From the NCBI GenBank assembly GCA_951406725.2, contig OX597820.1, positions 120,652,001 to 120,716,000 of the forward strand: a DNA stretch of 64,000 nt, given 5' to 3'. This DNA comes from Octopus vulgaris (Eukaryota). The notes below the pieces were generated by a model. It was not told the DNA's origin, did not search any database, and saw only the letters and a program-made list of their open reading frames with translations. Made by a program: the position numbers and the translations under genes. Positions 12,447 through 27,095 of the stretch are shown in pieces (position 1 is the stretch's first letter; each line of letters opens with the position of its first letter).

Positions 12447-12853
12447 AGGTGTAGGAGTGGCTGTGTGGTAAGTAGCTTGTTTACCAACCACATGGTTCCG
12501 GATTCAGTCCTACTGCGTGGTACCTTGGGCAAGTGTCTTCTACTGTAGCCTCGGACCGACCAAATCCTTGAGTGGATTTGGTAGACGGAGACTGAAAGAA
12601 GCCCGTCGTATATATGTATATATATATATGTATTTGTGTGTATATGTTTGAGTGTCTGTGTTTGTCCCCCCTTCTCAAACATCGCTTGACAACCGATGCT
12701 GGTGTGTTTACATTCCTGTAACTTAGCGGTTCGGCAAAAGTTACCGATAGAATAAGTACTAGGCTTACAAAGAATAAGACCTGGGGTCGATTTCCTCGAC
12801 TAGAGGCGATGCTCCAGCAAGGCTGCAGTCAAATGACTGAAACAAGTAAAACA
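12447..12853 (+). mobile_element. tRNA-derived SINE, family B (CORE-like motif, internal TA/TG microsatellite)
   Basis: Head GGAGTGGCTGTGTGGTAAG..G(G/A)TTCAGTCC, ACCTTGGGCAAGTG motif, tail GACTGAAACAAGTAAAA; same as copies at 15035, 17261, 30497 and 54957. Confidence 0.88.
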
Positions 12854-12867
12854 GTATATGTGCTTTC

Positions 12868-13068
12868 GGCTGTTTCAGTCATTTGCCTGCGGTCATACTG
12901 GAGCGCTGCCATGTAAGACTTTTTCTTAGTCGAATAAATCAACCCTAGGACTAGTTTCTTGTGCCTAGAACTATTCTCTTTTGCCGAATCGCTATGTTAC
13001 GTGGCTGTAAAAACATCCAAACCGGTTTTCAAGCGGTAATGGGGAGAACAAACAGACACAAAGACAGA
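12868..13068 (-). mobile_element. SINE family B, diverged 3' half
   Basis: TGTTTCAGTCATTTG..CTGCGGTCATACTGGAGC is the reverse complement of the family B tail; tail-to-tail with the 12447 copy. Confidence 0.7.
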
Positions 13069-13593
13069 TATTCTTATTTTCAAACGATTCAATGTGATTT
13101 GGAGAAGTTTGAATGCTGTTTCCTGCACACATGAACGTTCCACGTCAGTTAATCATGGCTGTAGAATATATCTATCTAGTTGAATTAGCGACCACACTAT
13201 ATTTGCCAGGCCCATTCTCAAAGAAGAGACACGATCAGATCACAAAATACAAACACTCACCTATATATAATGGTGGCTGCCCCCTCGTTATCGAGTATGG
13301 CCATTGCACGAAGCTTAATCAATGTTGTTATCGTGCAATGCCTGTGCAAGAAGATTTTTTGTAAAGTGAGGAAAGTCTACGCACTGAATGAACCCCACTC
13401 ACTAAGCAACAGCAGCCATAATCCGAAAAGAAGAACAAGTCAACATCACCGGTAACTACTGAGCCGCAGTATTTATGTCGGAGTTATCCCAGTTACCTGA
13501 GTTACCTTCTCCGAGAAGGATGCCCTCACAAAGGCTAGGAGTCCTTCACTCCCAATTGTTAAACATACATACATACATACATACATACATACA

Positions 13594-13653
<60 letters not shown>

Positions 13654-15034
13654 TACAGAAATGTGTGCGTATACACATACTGCAATATATACTTATATCT
13701 TTGCGATTTAAGGAGGTATCTTTGTTATAATTACTAACAGGATAAAGATCTACTTTCATACACTCTCCGTAGTTTGTGGCATAACTAGCATGTGATGTTA
13801 TGTAGCAACAAGTGAAATCCTTCTGACGCCAATTGTTACCAAAGACATAATACTGGAGGCTATTCTATATATTTGCATAACCAAAACTGAATTAATCAAG
13901 GTGTCTTTCCTTTTTTTAAATAAGACACTAATGGATGTACAAATTGGTAATGGTATGGCTGCTAATAATTCCAGGTGCAGAAACTGCATACGTGCTCATT
14001 AGTAGTTTGCATATTACGATGTCGTTAAGTAGTTTTCACATCCACAATGACGATATAGCGTATGAGAGATAAGTCTAGATGTGACACATTATTAAAATTT
14101 TATTACTACACAAGGAGACAGAGTTTAGGATATTTTAGAAAATGGCGGTAGTTGTGATGGTGGTTGTAATAAGAGAAAGCAACGAAAACGTTGGTGTTTG
14201 CAGACGAATTGTTATCATGTAATTAACTATATTTTCAAATCAAAATTTAATTAAAATTCAAATCACATATTTTCACATATCAGAATTTATGGAACATGAC
14301 ATGGTTTTCAAATAATTGCATTCTTGGGAAATTTTTTCTAGGTTCATGTTTCTCAATATTATATTAATAAATATTTATACACATTTCCACACACGTGTAT
14401 ATACAGAGAATTTCTATACATAAATACATACATACATACATACATACATACATACATACATACATACATACGTACGTACATACATACATACACATATATA
14501 TATATACATGTATATAAATCTATATATATTTATACACATATAAGTAGAATATATGTAGACATATATGTAAACATATATATATGTATGTATATAAATAAAT
14601 AAATATATATAATTATGTATATATATGTATGCATATGTATGTATATATGTAAATATCTATGAATAAATAGGTATATAATTTTATACACTCATACATGCTA
14701 TGTGTGTGTATGTATACGCAGACTGTCTATATTGTGTTATTCATAATGTATGCTGTTTCTAATTCTTTACCAATTTCCATTCATTTTCGTTATTAACGTC
14801 CGCATCGCTTCCTCTTTCTCTTATTTATCTCCTCCCACTACCCATCTCCTATGTTTTCGTCAATATTTTCCTTTCTCCCATCTATGTTGTTTTGCCAAGC
14901 TACTATTTCCCACAGTGTTTCTACTCTACCTGATTTGACTGTGATTTCATAACCATGAGCAGGAACGTAATTCCTCATGAAACATTAACCAAATTTGGCT
15001 TCTGCTTGTCAAATGTTATAAAACGCAAAAATAC

Positions 15035-15206
15035 AGGCGCAGGAGTGGCTGTATGGTAAGTAGCTTGCTTACCAACCATATGGTTCCGGGTTCAGTTCCA
15101 CTGCATGGCATCTTGGGAAAGTGTCTTCTGCTATAGCCCCGGGCCGACCAATGCCTTGTGAGTGGATTTGGTAGACCGAAACTGAAAGAAGCCTGTCGTA
15201 TATATG

Positions 15207-15241
<35 letters not shown>

Positions 15242-15445
15242 ATGTGTTTCTGTGTCTGTTTTTGTCCCCCCCCAGCATTGCTTGACAACCGATGCTGGTG
15301 TGTTTACGTCCCCGTCATCTAGCGGTTCGGCAAAAGAGACCGATAGAATAAGTCCCAGGGTCAATTTGCTCGACTAAAGGCGGTGCTCCAGCATGGCCGC
15401 AGTCAAATGACTGAAACAAGTAAAAGAATAAAAGAATAAGAAAAA
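15035..15445 (+). mobile_element. SINE family B, near full length (short internal deletion)
   Basis: Matches the family B consensus but lacks the ACTAGGCTTACAAAGAATAAGT segment. Confidence 0.88.
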
Positions 15446-16311
15446 AAAAGAATAGAAGACCGTACAAATAAAGTTCTCTATCTGCACAGCATTCCAAAGC
15501 CATTTTTGTAAATCTGAATTTAAGTTTCAATTTCGTCAAGGAATACAAATCCTTAAGAACCAAAGAAATATATTGTTGTCAGAAAGAAATACACATTTTG
15601 CTGCTTTTATGAGCCAATGCAATCTCCGTTTATTCAAAATTTCCGATCTCGTGAAATATATAATTAAAGAATTATTATAATAACCAAATAAAATAAAACA
15701 ATGTCGGAAGATTTTGAAACGATAATCGTTGATGCTAGAAATGTGATGTCAGTTATAAGTTGTACGTCATCTACAAGTTACAGCCTTTGTATTATATATA
15801 TATATATATATATATATTTAATGTTGTTTTTTTTACTCATTCAACTGCTGCCATGCTATGGCAAAATCTTGAAGCAATTTCATTGCTTTCTTTTCTCGAA
15901 GTTTGGGGAGCGCAAATAGAGCAACGAAGGTTGCCATGTACTGGAGTCAGGGAATGGCAAACAGAGACACATATGTAGATACACATATACAAAATCATAT
16001 AGACATAAACACAACCATAGATCTATATCTATATCTATCTATCTGTCTATCTATTTATCTATCTAACTATGTATATATATATATATATATGTCGAAAGAA
16101 GCCTGTTGTTATTATTATTATTGTTTTTGATTGTATTTTGTATTTATATTCGTGTACCATTGTCCGTTTTTCCGTCCTTGTTTCCTATACATTCGTTGCT
16201 TTTTTCCAAGGAATCTAATGCTCTTAGCTTAGTTTTTCCTTGGGGGCTGGCCAGATTGGAGCATCAAGATTAATCATGGTCGCGGTCAAATGACGGAAAC
16301 ATGTAGAAAAA

Positions 16312-16357
<46 letters not shown>

Positions 16358-16629
16358 CATATGAATTAGATATAAAACCACTATGATGTAACTCAAACAG
16401 TGATAGGCATAGACAAATACATAAATAACAAATAATATATATAATTAATATAATATAATATATATATATTTTTTAAGTACAAAATGAATAATAAATATAA
16501 TATAATAAGTAATTATTATATTATATTTATCTCTAATTCATATTTTATACTTTATATATTTATACAGTGAAATTTGATTTAATATTAAATTGAATTTTTC
16601 CCTGTAAGTTTACTCCCTAATATTATTAT

Positions 16630-16666
<37 letters not shown>

Positions 16667-16721
16667 AAATGCATATGTATTATATATGCATATATGTATA
16701 ATATATATATATATACGTATA

Positions 16722-16770
<49 letters not shown>

Positions 16771-17260
16771 CGTATGGAAATATGTTTACACTAGGTTTCA
16801 GGTTTCTTTGCTTCTTGACACCATGATGTAAGCAGAAGGAGTGACGTTAAGATAATCCGACTGCTAATCCAGTAAGCATAATTGCCATTGCACCTATCGT
16901 ATATCTTCAGACTTGTGTCATTGAATCTGCACTATATAACCCACGAGCACATCCTGTTGAACTGATAGTGTTAAGGCGCACTCGCTACCCTCACATCCTG
17001 AATTGTAAAACATTGTAAAATCTTTTGTTGATTAAAATTCGTTTTTTTTTTCTATCCAATCTGCTATGATAAAAATATAGACAGTGTAATGAAAATATAT
17101 ACTCCTGAAAAGCAAAATCAAATATGAAAAATAGAAACTATTGGGGTAGAAGTGATAAGAGGCTCAAAAGGATTGAATTATTAACCGTACTTATCGATTA
17201 TTGAAAACTATATATACGAATAAAAAATAATTAGGAAATAAAAAATTAATATACTAATAT

Positions 17261-17670
17261 AGGCGGTGGAGTGGATGTGTGGTAAGTAGCTTGTTTACCA
17301 ACCACATGGTTCAGGGTTCAGTCCCACTGCATGGCACCTTGGGCAAGTGTCTTCTGCTATAGCCTCGGGCCGACCATAGCCTTGTGAGTGGATTTGGTAG
17401 ACGGAAACTGAAAGAAGCCTGTCGTATGTATGTAATTATATATATATATATGTGTGTGTGTATTTGTGTGTCCGTGTTTGTCCCCCTAGCATTGTTTGAC
17501 AACCGATGCTGGTGTGTTTATGTCCCCGTCACTTAGCGGTTCGTCAAAACAGACCGATAGAATAAGTACTGGGCTTACAAAGAATAAGTGCCGGGGTCGA
17601 GTTGCTCGATTAAAGGCGGTGCTCCAGCATGGCCGCAGTCAAATGACTGAAACAAGTAAAAGAGTAAAAG
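17261..17670 (+). mobile_element. SINE family B, full length
   Basis: Matches the other family B copies end to end. Confidence 0.88.
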
Positions 17671-18221
17671 TGTATACTTGTCATATAATTCGACTGGTAC
17701 AATTATGGATGTTTCTCTTCCCACTGGGCATTCTGCTAGATTAGGCAGGGAGCAACACATTCTTGAACAGATCCTGATTCCAGTTTTGACGAAATGGACG
17801 GGGAAAATGCATTCATCTCTTAAAACTGTTGGTTTCCCACATATTTTTCGGTGAAAATACAAATTATGTAATTCAGAAATTGAGTTGACAAAATGACTTA
17901 CGAAATGAAATAAAGTATGAATTATGTAGAATATTTTGTGAACGTAGAAAACCATTATTAATGGTAATTTCAAAGCCTACTAAACGCAAATCTTCTTCCT
18001 TCATTGCAGAGACAAGGTTCTAAAAGCAAGACTGAGTAGATGATTAAGGATTGATTAAAGAAATACAACACTATAATTGTCTACACAAATATCTGTACAA
18101 ACTCACGCGCATGCATAATTTTCTCCTTGGTAAAATATACGTGTATATTATACACAGATATGTATGTGTTTGCATATATATAGGAAACAAATACTATTAT
18201 ATAAGGTAAACAAAAACTAGT

Positions 18222-19330
18222 ATTAAGATTAGGATTGCTAACCATTTACATAGCTTTAAACATAGACAAAAAAATGAACTCTACCGGATTAAGTAAATTC
18301 TTATGGGAATTAAATGATAATAGCATTGAATTTAATCTTAAATGGGAAATTCTCAGTTTTGCTATATCATATAAGATCTTAAACAGATGATGTGAGTTGT
18401 GTACCGAAGAGGTATATAAAATCCTTACATCTACGAACCAATCAACCTAACCTTAGGAATGTCGTCATTTAACGACGTATGTTGACTCGAAGTATAATTA
18501 AGCTATATACTTATTATAATGTAACACTAAACTATATAATATAATGTTCATATAATATACTCTAATATTTACAAGGCATTTTACCAATTGGCATAATAGA
18601 TTAGGTTGATTTTACCTATTGATATAATAGCTTGAGATTAATAGGTACCAATTTATTAGGAGAATCTTCTGAATCCATTTGACCATAAATTCTCGCTAAT
18701 ATAATACGCGTATTCGATATTTATACCTTACTGTATATTATCGATTATGTCTCTTATAATATATATTATGTTGAAATTTATAACCTTACAGTGATAATTA
18801 ATATTCAAATAAAATTTTAAACAGTAACTAATAATAATTATGAATTAATTTACTGAGATTAACTGAATCGTTTTGTATCAAATAAGTTTCGTGACTATTT
18901 CTATAAACATTGAGATGACGCAATGCTCAAGATTTCTATCTTTAAGTAACATAATGATACTTATCTATATTTCTACAGAACTGAATAATATAGAATATTT
19001 CTCTTAAAATACACACTATATTCGGCCTACTGTATTATGTTAATATAAGCTTTAAACAATAATTAACAATAATTATTAATTACTTAATAGAGTTGAAATT
19101 AATTATTATGTATTGTAAATATTACATAAGTTTTCTATCATCACTAAATAGGATGGCGTAAAACACCAGACCTCTATGTATTACTAATGTAAACAAATAA
19201 TGTACATTCGTCGTGCTCGTTATGTGGGAGATGTATAACAATGCTTTATGTAAATGTCATTCTGAATAAATGAGTTTGATTTCAGCATTAATTTGAACAC
19301 ACTGTAATATAAACAAATACTTACGAATCG
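18222..19330 (+). mobile_element. Penelope-like element 3' remnant (GIY-YIG C-terminal region plus AT-rich tail)
   Basis: 18222-18445 translates, with one frameshift and one stop, as KIRIANHLHSFKHRQK/MNSTGLSKFLWELND...LKWEIL..A.SY...*CELCTEEVYKIL, similar to the remnant at 56740. The 3' boundary is uncertain. Confidence 0.65.
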
Positions 19331-19349
19331 AATAGTCTAATGCTTATGT

Positions 19350-19442
<93 letters not shown>

Positions 19443-19473
19443 TATATTATATATATGTATGTGTATATATATG

Positions 19474-19545
<72 letters not shown>

Positions 19546-19728
19546 TAGTAAAAAGTGAAAAAACTACAGAAGGCTTGTTTTAAAAGGTTAAAAAATATAT
19601 ATTTGAGTCAATATGTCTGAAGAATGTTATAAATTTTTTTCTAATAATGACATAGGATGACGTAAAGTACCAGACCTCTATGTATCACTAATGTAAACAA
19701 ATAATGTACATTCGTCGTGCTCATTATG
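19148..19728 (+). repeat. ~77-bp direct repeat, copies 504 bp apart
   Basis: ATAGGATG..CCAGACCTCTATGTAT..ACATTCGTCGTGCTC.TTATG at 19148-19224 and 19652-19728. Confidence 0.85.
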
Positions 19729-20244
19729 ACCTTTCCTCTAAGCAACCTATACTATATTATATACTATATTCCCAAATTCTTCATTCCACCATTTTACTAC
19801 CCCTACCCCTCCCTCTCTGCCCTTCACACTAGGCTCGATTACTACATACCTGACACTCCTTTACTCTTTACACTCTCATATCTTTCTCTCTCTATCACAC
19901 TCACCTCCCCATTCCTTCTTCAATTTCCTGACTGACCACTAACCAGAACACTTTCCCCCTCTCCATTTCTGTATTATCTCTCTCCCCGCTTTTCTTTCCT
20001 TTTTTCCTGTCTTCCTTTTTTTTGATTTGACCTTACAAACACATTCCCAACTTTTAAGTCTCTTCAAAAATATCGTGATTCAATAACACCGTTTCTAACT
20101 CTATGCTTGGAATGACCAATTTTCAATAATATTGGAACCTACACATAAGGTACAGGAAACTTATGTGTATACCATTCTGCTTAAATAATAGAACTACAGA
20201 TAAAATATCCCTGCATATCTCACAGCTGTTCTCATTCCTCCACT

Positions 20245-20415
20245 TCTCTCTATTTCATATCTTCTCTTGAATAACTCTTGCTTAACTATTGTCTCACACC
20301 GTCTCCGATGAAGGGATATACAAAATATCCCAGAAACAGCTGCAAGACATCTTTATAAATGTTCTAAAACATTTCGGTGTCTTGGATTTTTATCTCATTC
20401 TGTTAATTTTTTTAT
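20245..20415 (+). mobile_element. Penelope-type pseudo-LTR with degenerate hammerhead (family also at ~42345-42510 on the minus strand)
   Basis: GTCT-CCGATGA-AGGGATAT..ATATCCC-A-GAAA-CAGCTG-CA-AGAC at 20301-20348; inverted homologue at 42404-42451. Confidence 0.55.
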
Positions 20416-20563
20416 ATATATACGCATGCTGATATATGGCCGACGATGGATACCTCATTCGCATAATCACCGAACCTGGAGCTTAACTACAGTCTGTCCA
20501 TAGCACTTACTCAACATTACGTGACATCTTTGGGTCTTCTTGACACCATTACCTCTCATAACC

Positions 20564-20642
<79 letters not shown>

Positions 20643-21535
20643 TTGTTTCCTTTTGTTTCCTTTTTCTTCATTCTTCCTGTTTTTGATTTGATCTTACAAA
20701 CACATTCTCAAATTTTAAGTCACTCCAAGAAAAAAGTGCAATAGGTTGTTTTGCATCCTTCCAGAGAGTGGGAGTCATCAATACTCCAGATTAGCTGAAT
20801 TTGCCCAAAGCAACGTTTCCGGGGAGTAGGGACAGTATAGTTTGGTAAGAATGTGGAAGAGAATTGAGTGACGGAGAAATATCAGAATTAATTGTAAGGA
20901 AGGAAGCTTCAAAGACAAAATGTGTTGGCATTGATTATGGTTGAGAGAGACGAAGATGACAGATATAAGCATTAAGGTGAGTGAGTGAGGAAGCGAGCGA
21001 GAGAGAGAGAGGGGGAGAGAGATGGATAATGGTAGATCTATGGTAAGATGGCATGATGGACGTCTGTAGTAAAAACACAACCTATATATTATAATGAAAA
21101 TAATGACTAAATCTTTCATGAAGAATATATTTATGCCAGGATGAAATACCAAACTAGTTTTTAAATTATAGAAAATTGACAATTGTTTTGACTTCATTGC
21201 AAGTCAGACAAGAATAGAATGCATTTCTGAGTGATGTAATTCCGTCGTTTGATATCTTATTATGAACTGTTCAGTTATATTTCAATTAACGATACACGCT
21301 AGCATTGAAAATTCGGTGATTTTTAATAACGGGCGCACAGGTGGAAGTTTCTGCAGAAAGGAATAATACCGCTTATTTATGTTGCTTAATATGATGTTTG
21401 TCAATTTTGGCAATGCAGTAGAGTAATTAGTGTAGAGGTAACACAATAGAGATTTGCTATCATAATCTAAGCAATCGAACCAGTCTCATGATTCTGGGTA
21501 GAAAAGTACAATTCATAAATTTCGATACTCTAGAC

Positions 21536-21754
21536 CAGTGGTTTTCAACCAGGGTTCCGCGAAACCTTAGGGTTCCGCCAGCACAGTCCGGGGGTTCCGC
21601 AAGAACTTACAAAACTGATAAAATTGGCAGTAATTTTTAATTCTCCTGTGCAGATATGTGTGCATAAGACTATTAAATTATTGCACAGGGGTTCCTCGAG
21701 TCAGTGGAATGTTTCCTTGGGGTTCCGCTCCAGCAAAAAGTTTGAAAAGCACTG
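21536..21754. mobile_element. hAT (Charlie/Buster-like) MITE, 219 bp
   Basis: TIRs CAGTGGTTTTCAACC / GTTTGAAAAGCACTG, perfect 8-bp TSD CTCTAGAC (21528-21535, 21755-21762), subterminal GGTTCCGC repeats. Confidence 0.92.
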
Positions 21755-23028
21755 CTCTAGACATTATGCTAACGTTTTGATTTACATTTAGCATACTCAT
21801 TCTTTACTGCTGGGTTAACTCTAAGCAGCAACAATTATGTTGCACAGGTATTGATGATATAGAAGACGCACATCCAGGACATATTTCTTATCAACATAAA
21901 TCCAATTTTAAGTTTCGGGGATACACAGCCGTTATATGTATATGGAAGTAAATAAGATATAATTGCTTTTAATTGTGTCAATAAATACATAACGCTAATA
22001 TGTTATAATATGTATTCTCTGCAATTTCATCGTACAATTTGGTGTGGGGCCAAAATGAAAACCTCAATTAATTTCAAAGTGTAACGAAGCCGAAGATATT
22101 TTACGCAATGGAAGCAACTTATAAAGAGTATCGCCATAAATTTCCAACTAGCTTGGCAAGATCAAACGGTGGTTTTGCCTTGATGAAATTACATACTATT
22201 TAGTCATGCACACAGAATAAAGTACACCTTATCAGAACATAACAGTCAACAGATGAATATTAGAATTGTTTACTTAAAATATCACATTATAGAGTGTCGC
22301 TAAATATATCGACAGAGAATTGATGAAAGTATAAGTAGTTCAGATATAAAACTACCATAGCAACCAACACAGCGGTTAAATAACCAATTTGTATTTTATC
22401 ATTTCGTATTTGATTTTAGTAAAAAAAAGCGGTAAATGATGCATATATTCGCCTACATCCATGATTGTGTTTATTCTCACCAAATTATAGTTCAGTATGA
22501 TAACAGATAATATAAACATAATTTTGATTTTCAAAAGAGAAACCGATTTATTTTTTATGTAACAAAATCTCTTCTTAAACGCCTAATATCAAATTTTATT
22601 CATAATATGGCAGTTAATTCAATCATAAATTATATTAATAAATATTAAAGTAATTTCGTACATATAATATAGATAGCTAGTAAGGTAAATTAGCGACATC
22701 AGGTATACATTAAGATTTCGGTTCATGAAACAGATATTACGTAGCACATCCAAAGTAAGAAGATTTTGAAGGGCATTAAACAATAACATCCATAATATAT
22801 GTATTATGTATCATATTTGTTTTAGTCATTGGACAGCGGCCATGCTGGGGCACTGTTTTTCAGAGATTTAGTGGAACAGATATATTTTCTTTAATCATGG
22901 TATTTATTCTATCGGCATTTTGCCCAACCGCTACAGGTTTCACTGTAAAATCTGAAAAAAAATCTGTAAAACTTTCCTGAAATTTCTCATTTACGTATAC
23001 ATGAGCATGTCTAGATATGCAAGTATAA

Positions 23029-23258
23029 GGCGACGAGCTGGCAGAAACGTTAGCACGCCGGGCGACCTGCGTAGCCGTATTTCATCTGTCGTTACGTTCC
23101 GAGTTCAAATTCCGCCGAGGTCGACTTTGCCTTTCATCCTTTCGGGGTCGATAAATTAAGTACCAGTTACGCACTGGGGTCGATGTAATCGACTTAATCC
23201 CTTTGTCTGTCCTTGTTTGTCCCCTCTGTGTTTAGCCCCTTGTGGGTAGTAAAGAAAT
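23029..23258 (+). mobile_element. SINE family A, full length
   Basis: Near-consensus family A sequence. Confidence 0.9.
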
Positions 23259-23928
23259 ATATATGCATAAGAATACATACATAAACAAAACATATAAATC
23301 TGCACATATGACTACATACATGCATGCTTACATACATATATACATGGATACATGTATATAGGTGTTGATGTTGAAATACTAATGAAAGGACCTTAGATCT
23401 AAGTTTTTCTCCATCGGCAGGAGAGGTTGAAATACAGGAGCTTTTTGTGTCTTTGTTAGAAACCAGTTAGATCTTTAGTGGAAGAATTTAAATGACTGAG
23501 TACGGAAGAGTCATGCATTCATAAATGTGCACTGCATAACACACCTGAGAATAGAAAACTACACAAATTTTGAATATTAGGACGTGTCGCTCTTGGTAAA
23601 ACAAAAATTAAAAAATTAGAAAATAAGTAAAAAAAACATAGTGTTTCTATGTTATTCTTGTTCGGAAATATAAGTGAATGGAGTCCCCTGGCAGATAATT
23701 TCAGAGCTTGTTTACTTCTTCACAGGTAAGAGATACGCGGCTTCGTACCCACAAATAATTGCATAATACTGTTCATATCTAAATCAGCGTTCAATTCTTT
23801 CTAACACTCACACAGACATATGTATGAGTTTATATACATATGCACACATAGCTACATACACACACACAAATACACAAACGCACGCACGCGCGCACTTACA
23901 TACGTACATACATACATACATACATACA

Positions 23929-23962
<34 letters not shown>

Positions 23963-25223
23963 CATACTTACATACATAGGTATGTATGTATTTATGTATG
24001 GATGTATATGAACCTACGTTTAACAGAATTATCGAAATGATGGCAATACACCCGAAAGTTTACCTTTCAATAAAATTCCTCAACTTAGGTTCTTCGTCAT
24101 GTAAATCACCTTCACCGCCGCCATCATCATCATCATCATCGTCATAGACGATGACCACCTTGTAAAAACATCACCCATATCGTCATTGTACTTCATATCA
24201 GTTTTACTTTGTCTTTGTGAATCACGTCGCTCGCGTCAGGATTATTTTTCTCATCAATTGTGCTTTCTCCATAATTAGTAAATGCATTTTCATTTTTATC
24301 CCCATCGTCAGTCAATGTTAGGTAGGGACAAATGCGTGCTGTCGCTTTCAAATCAGGAAATTATATTTCATCACATCAGAATTAACTCAGCGATTGAAGC
24401 GCATAATCGATTAATCCATGTGACGTAAAATAATATTTGTCGTCCTATTAGGTTTTTGTATATTTTACAATACAAATATATCCATAGAAAGAGCGAAAGA
24501 GAGATGGTTTGTAGAGAATGATTTCTGGCAGTGTTGTATGTACAGAAAAAATTAACCCATTCAACTATTCTTTAAGCAACGACATTGCGTATATCACCAC
24601 CGATCACTAATTACTGTATGGCATTCGTTATATATGGCATGTAATTCGTTTTGTATATGTGTTGTATTCGCCATTTAACGGGAGTGGTGTGGAATTGTTA
24701 GAGACTGGAAAATACGAAAATGTTTCGCGACTATAAAATGCTAGAATATCAATGGAGATTTAGTATAATCTGATGTTTATATCACCTAGGTAACATTGAT
24801 GCGCACATCACACAATGTGATGACTGAAACATAAAATGTAAAACTCGACTGCTTTCATCATTTATGAAGGGAATGATTACTTCAGCGTTCTCTACTTTAT
24901 CTCCAGGCGAGATCGTGTCCGAGCGAGAGAGCAACACCTTATAGGGTGTGATCGGAAAGTGTTTAACTATTCAAACACGTGAATTAAATTGAATAAGCTT
25001 GGGCAACACTGAAATTACCTTCGATCAAATTTACTGCCTCACCCCGATTTCTCTAACAAGCTTTAATGCGATTATTTGATCACAGACTATCCGTGTCTGT
25101 GTCGCATTGCATATACACCCACATGCAAACAATAATACACACATAGATAAATATATACGTATTTACATGCGTACATACATACATATATACATACATACAT
25201 ACATACATACATACATACATACA

Positions 25224-25254
<31 letters not shown>

Positions 25255-25341
25255 TTACTATTCAACTAGTTTTTACTCAATTGCCTAAATAACTGCACAG
25301 AAAATAAATCTAATTAATACAGCACTAACAAATCCTTAACG

Positions 25342-25379
<38 letters not shown>

Positions 25380-25526
25380 GGAAATGAAGAAAATGCTGAC
25401 AAATAATTGAAGTAATTTAAGTAATTTAATTAGGTGAAAGTTCTTTTTACCGGTTGCGCATTTGTTATGCTTATCAAAATATAAAAGAGAGATTAGAGTT
25501 CCTTTCTTATAGAATTTTTCCTCTTA

Positions 25527-25621
<95 letters not shown>

Positions 25622-25699
25622 ACACGCACACAAACACATGTATACATGTGTGTGTATATGTGTATGTGTGTGTATTTGTGTGCATGTGTGAGTGTGTAA

Positions 25700-25860
25700 T
25701 CTTACTTGTTTCAGTAATTTGACTGCAGCCATGCTGGTGGATAGCCTTGAAGGATTTTAGTCGAGCGAAACGACTTACCACAGTTTCTGAAACTGGTAAA
25801 TTTTCCTATTGGTCTCAGTTTGCGGAAACTATAAGTTATGCTGACATAAACTCAAACACA
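25700..25860 (-). mobile_element. SINE family B, diverged 3' fragment
   Basis: TTACTTGTTTCAGTAATTTGACTGCAGCCATGCTGG is the reverse complement of the family B tail. Confidence 0.6.
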
Positions 25861-26489
25861 CACACGCCCGCACACTCACGCACGCACGCACACACACAAA
25901 CGCACACACACACACACACACACATCCTTGGATCTACAAAGAATGAGGGAAATTTCAGACACGAATAACTTGCATCACTTTGATCTATTTACATATGTCA
26001 TAGATTCCTCCATGACTCTTCATTTGATTGTATGTGCTGTGCAGATGGTTTTCAGATCCCATACATGGCTAGCCAACAGAATCGCTTTATTTTTATCAAT
26101 ATATTGGAAAAAAGATTGGTAATTTGCATAACGGTTCTTTTAAAAATTGCCTTTGCATTAAACAACGTACGTTTTCCTTTCCATTGCATTACCTTGTAGC
26201 AATGTTGTAACTTCGGTCTCATAAACAGCTGAGTTTATTAAGGACGCCTGATCGAGCGGGCACGGTTGAGGGTCTCGACAATTACAACTGGGATTAGTTT
26301 ATGGGTGTGACTTGCTGGAAAATATTAATATACTGACTAGAGATATACTGCCTCTAACTTTTAGTAATTATTGATTTAATTATGAGACTATACTCTCATA
26401 ATATTCATGGATGCTATGTTGTCTTTATTCTTGAATTCTATAAAAGCCGACTGATAAATTTGAAGTCAACCATTTTTGGTCTCAGTATT

Positions 26490-26690
26490 GTATGGAAGTT
26501 TAGAACAGTGATAAAATATTTAGTGGCATTTTGTTCGTCTCTATGATCTAGGTTCAAATTCTGCTGAGTTCGATTTTGACTCCCATTTTCCTTTCATCTT
26601 TCGGAGTCGATAAAATAAGTATCAGTTGAGCACTGGGGTCGTTGCAACCGATCATCCCCCTTTCACATATTTATCGTCTTATTCTAAAAC
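26490..26690 (+). mobile_element. SINE family A-related, diverged
   Basis: GGTTCAAATTCTGCTGAG...CTTTCATCTTTCGGAGTCGATAAAATAAGTATCAGTTGAGCACTGGGGTC. Confidence 0.65.
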
Positions 26691-27016
26691 TTCAAACGAA
26701 TATATTATGGGGTTTTAGGGCAGCGAGATGGCAGCTACTTTAATACACCATACAAAATGTTTAGCAACACTTTGTTCGTCTTTGCGTCTATACTTTAGTC
26801 TGCCCTGTGCGCCACCAGCTACAAGTAATAAGCGAAACTTGGTTTAATGAGACAAGTATCTTTTGAAAAGTCGCCTAACGAGGCACATCTGCACCGAATG
26901 ATGCACCACGACCAGGTGTATAGAATCTCACCTAAGAGGAACCGACGTACGATGTGATTAATAATGAGTTTCGTGAATTCCATTTTCTCTTTCTCAGATG
27001 TGTCGCCCCCCCCCCC

Positions 27017-27056
<40 letters not shown>

Positions 27057-27095
27057 AGGTTTTTGATATGAAATCGTGTGTTGAAACATATATTA

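Noticed and set aside
26870-26913. Degenerate hammerhead-like motif (GTCG-CCTAACGA-GG..CC-GAAT..CGAC)
   Set aside because: Multiple core mismatches and no second copy here to build a consensus.
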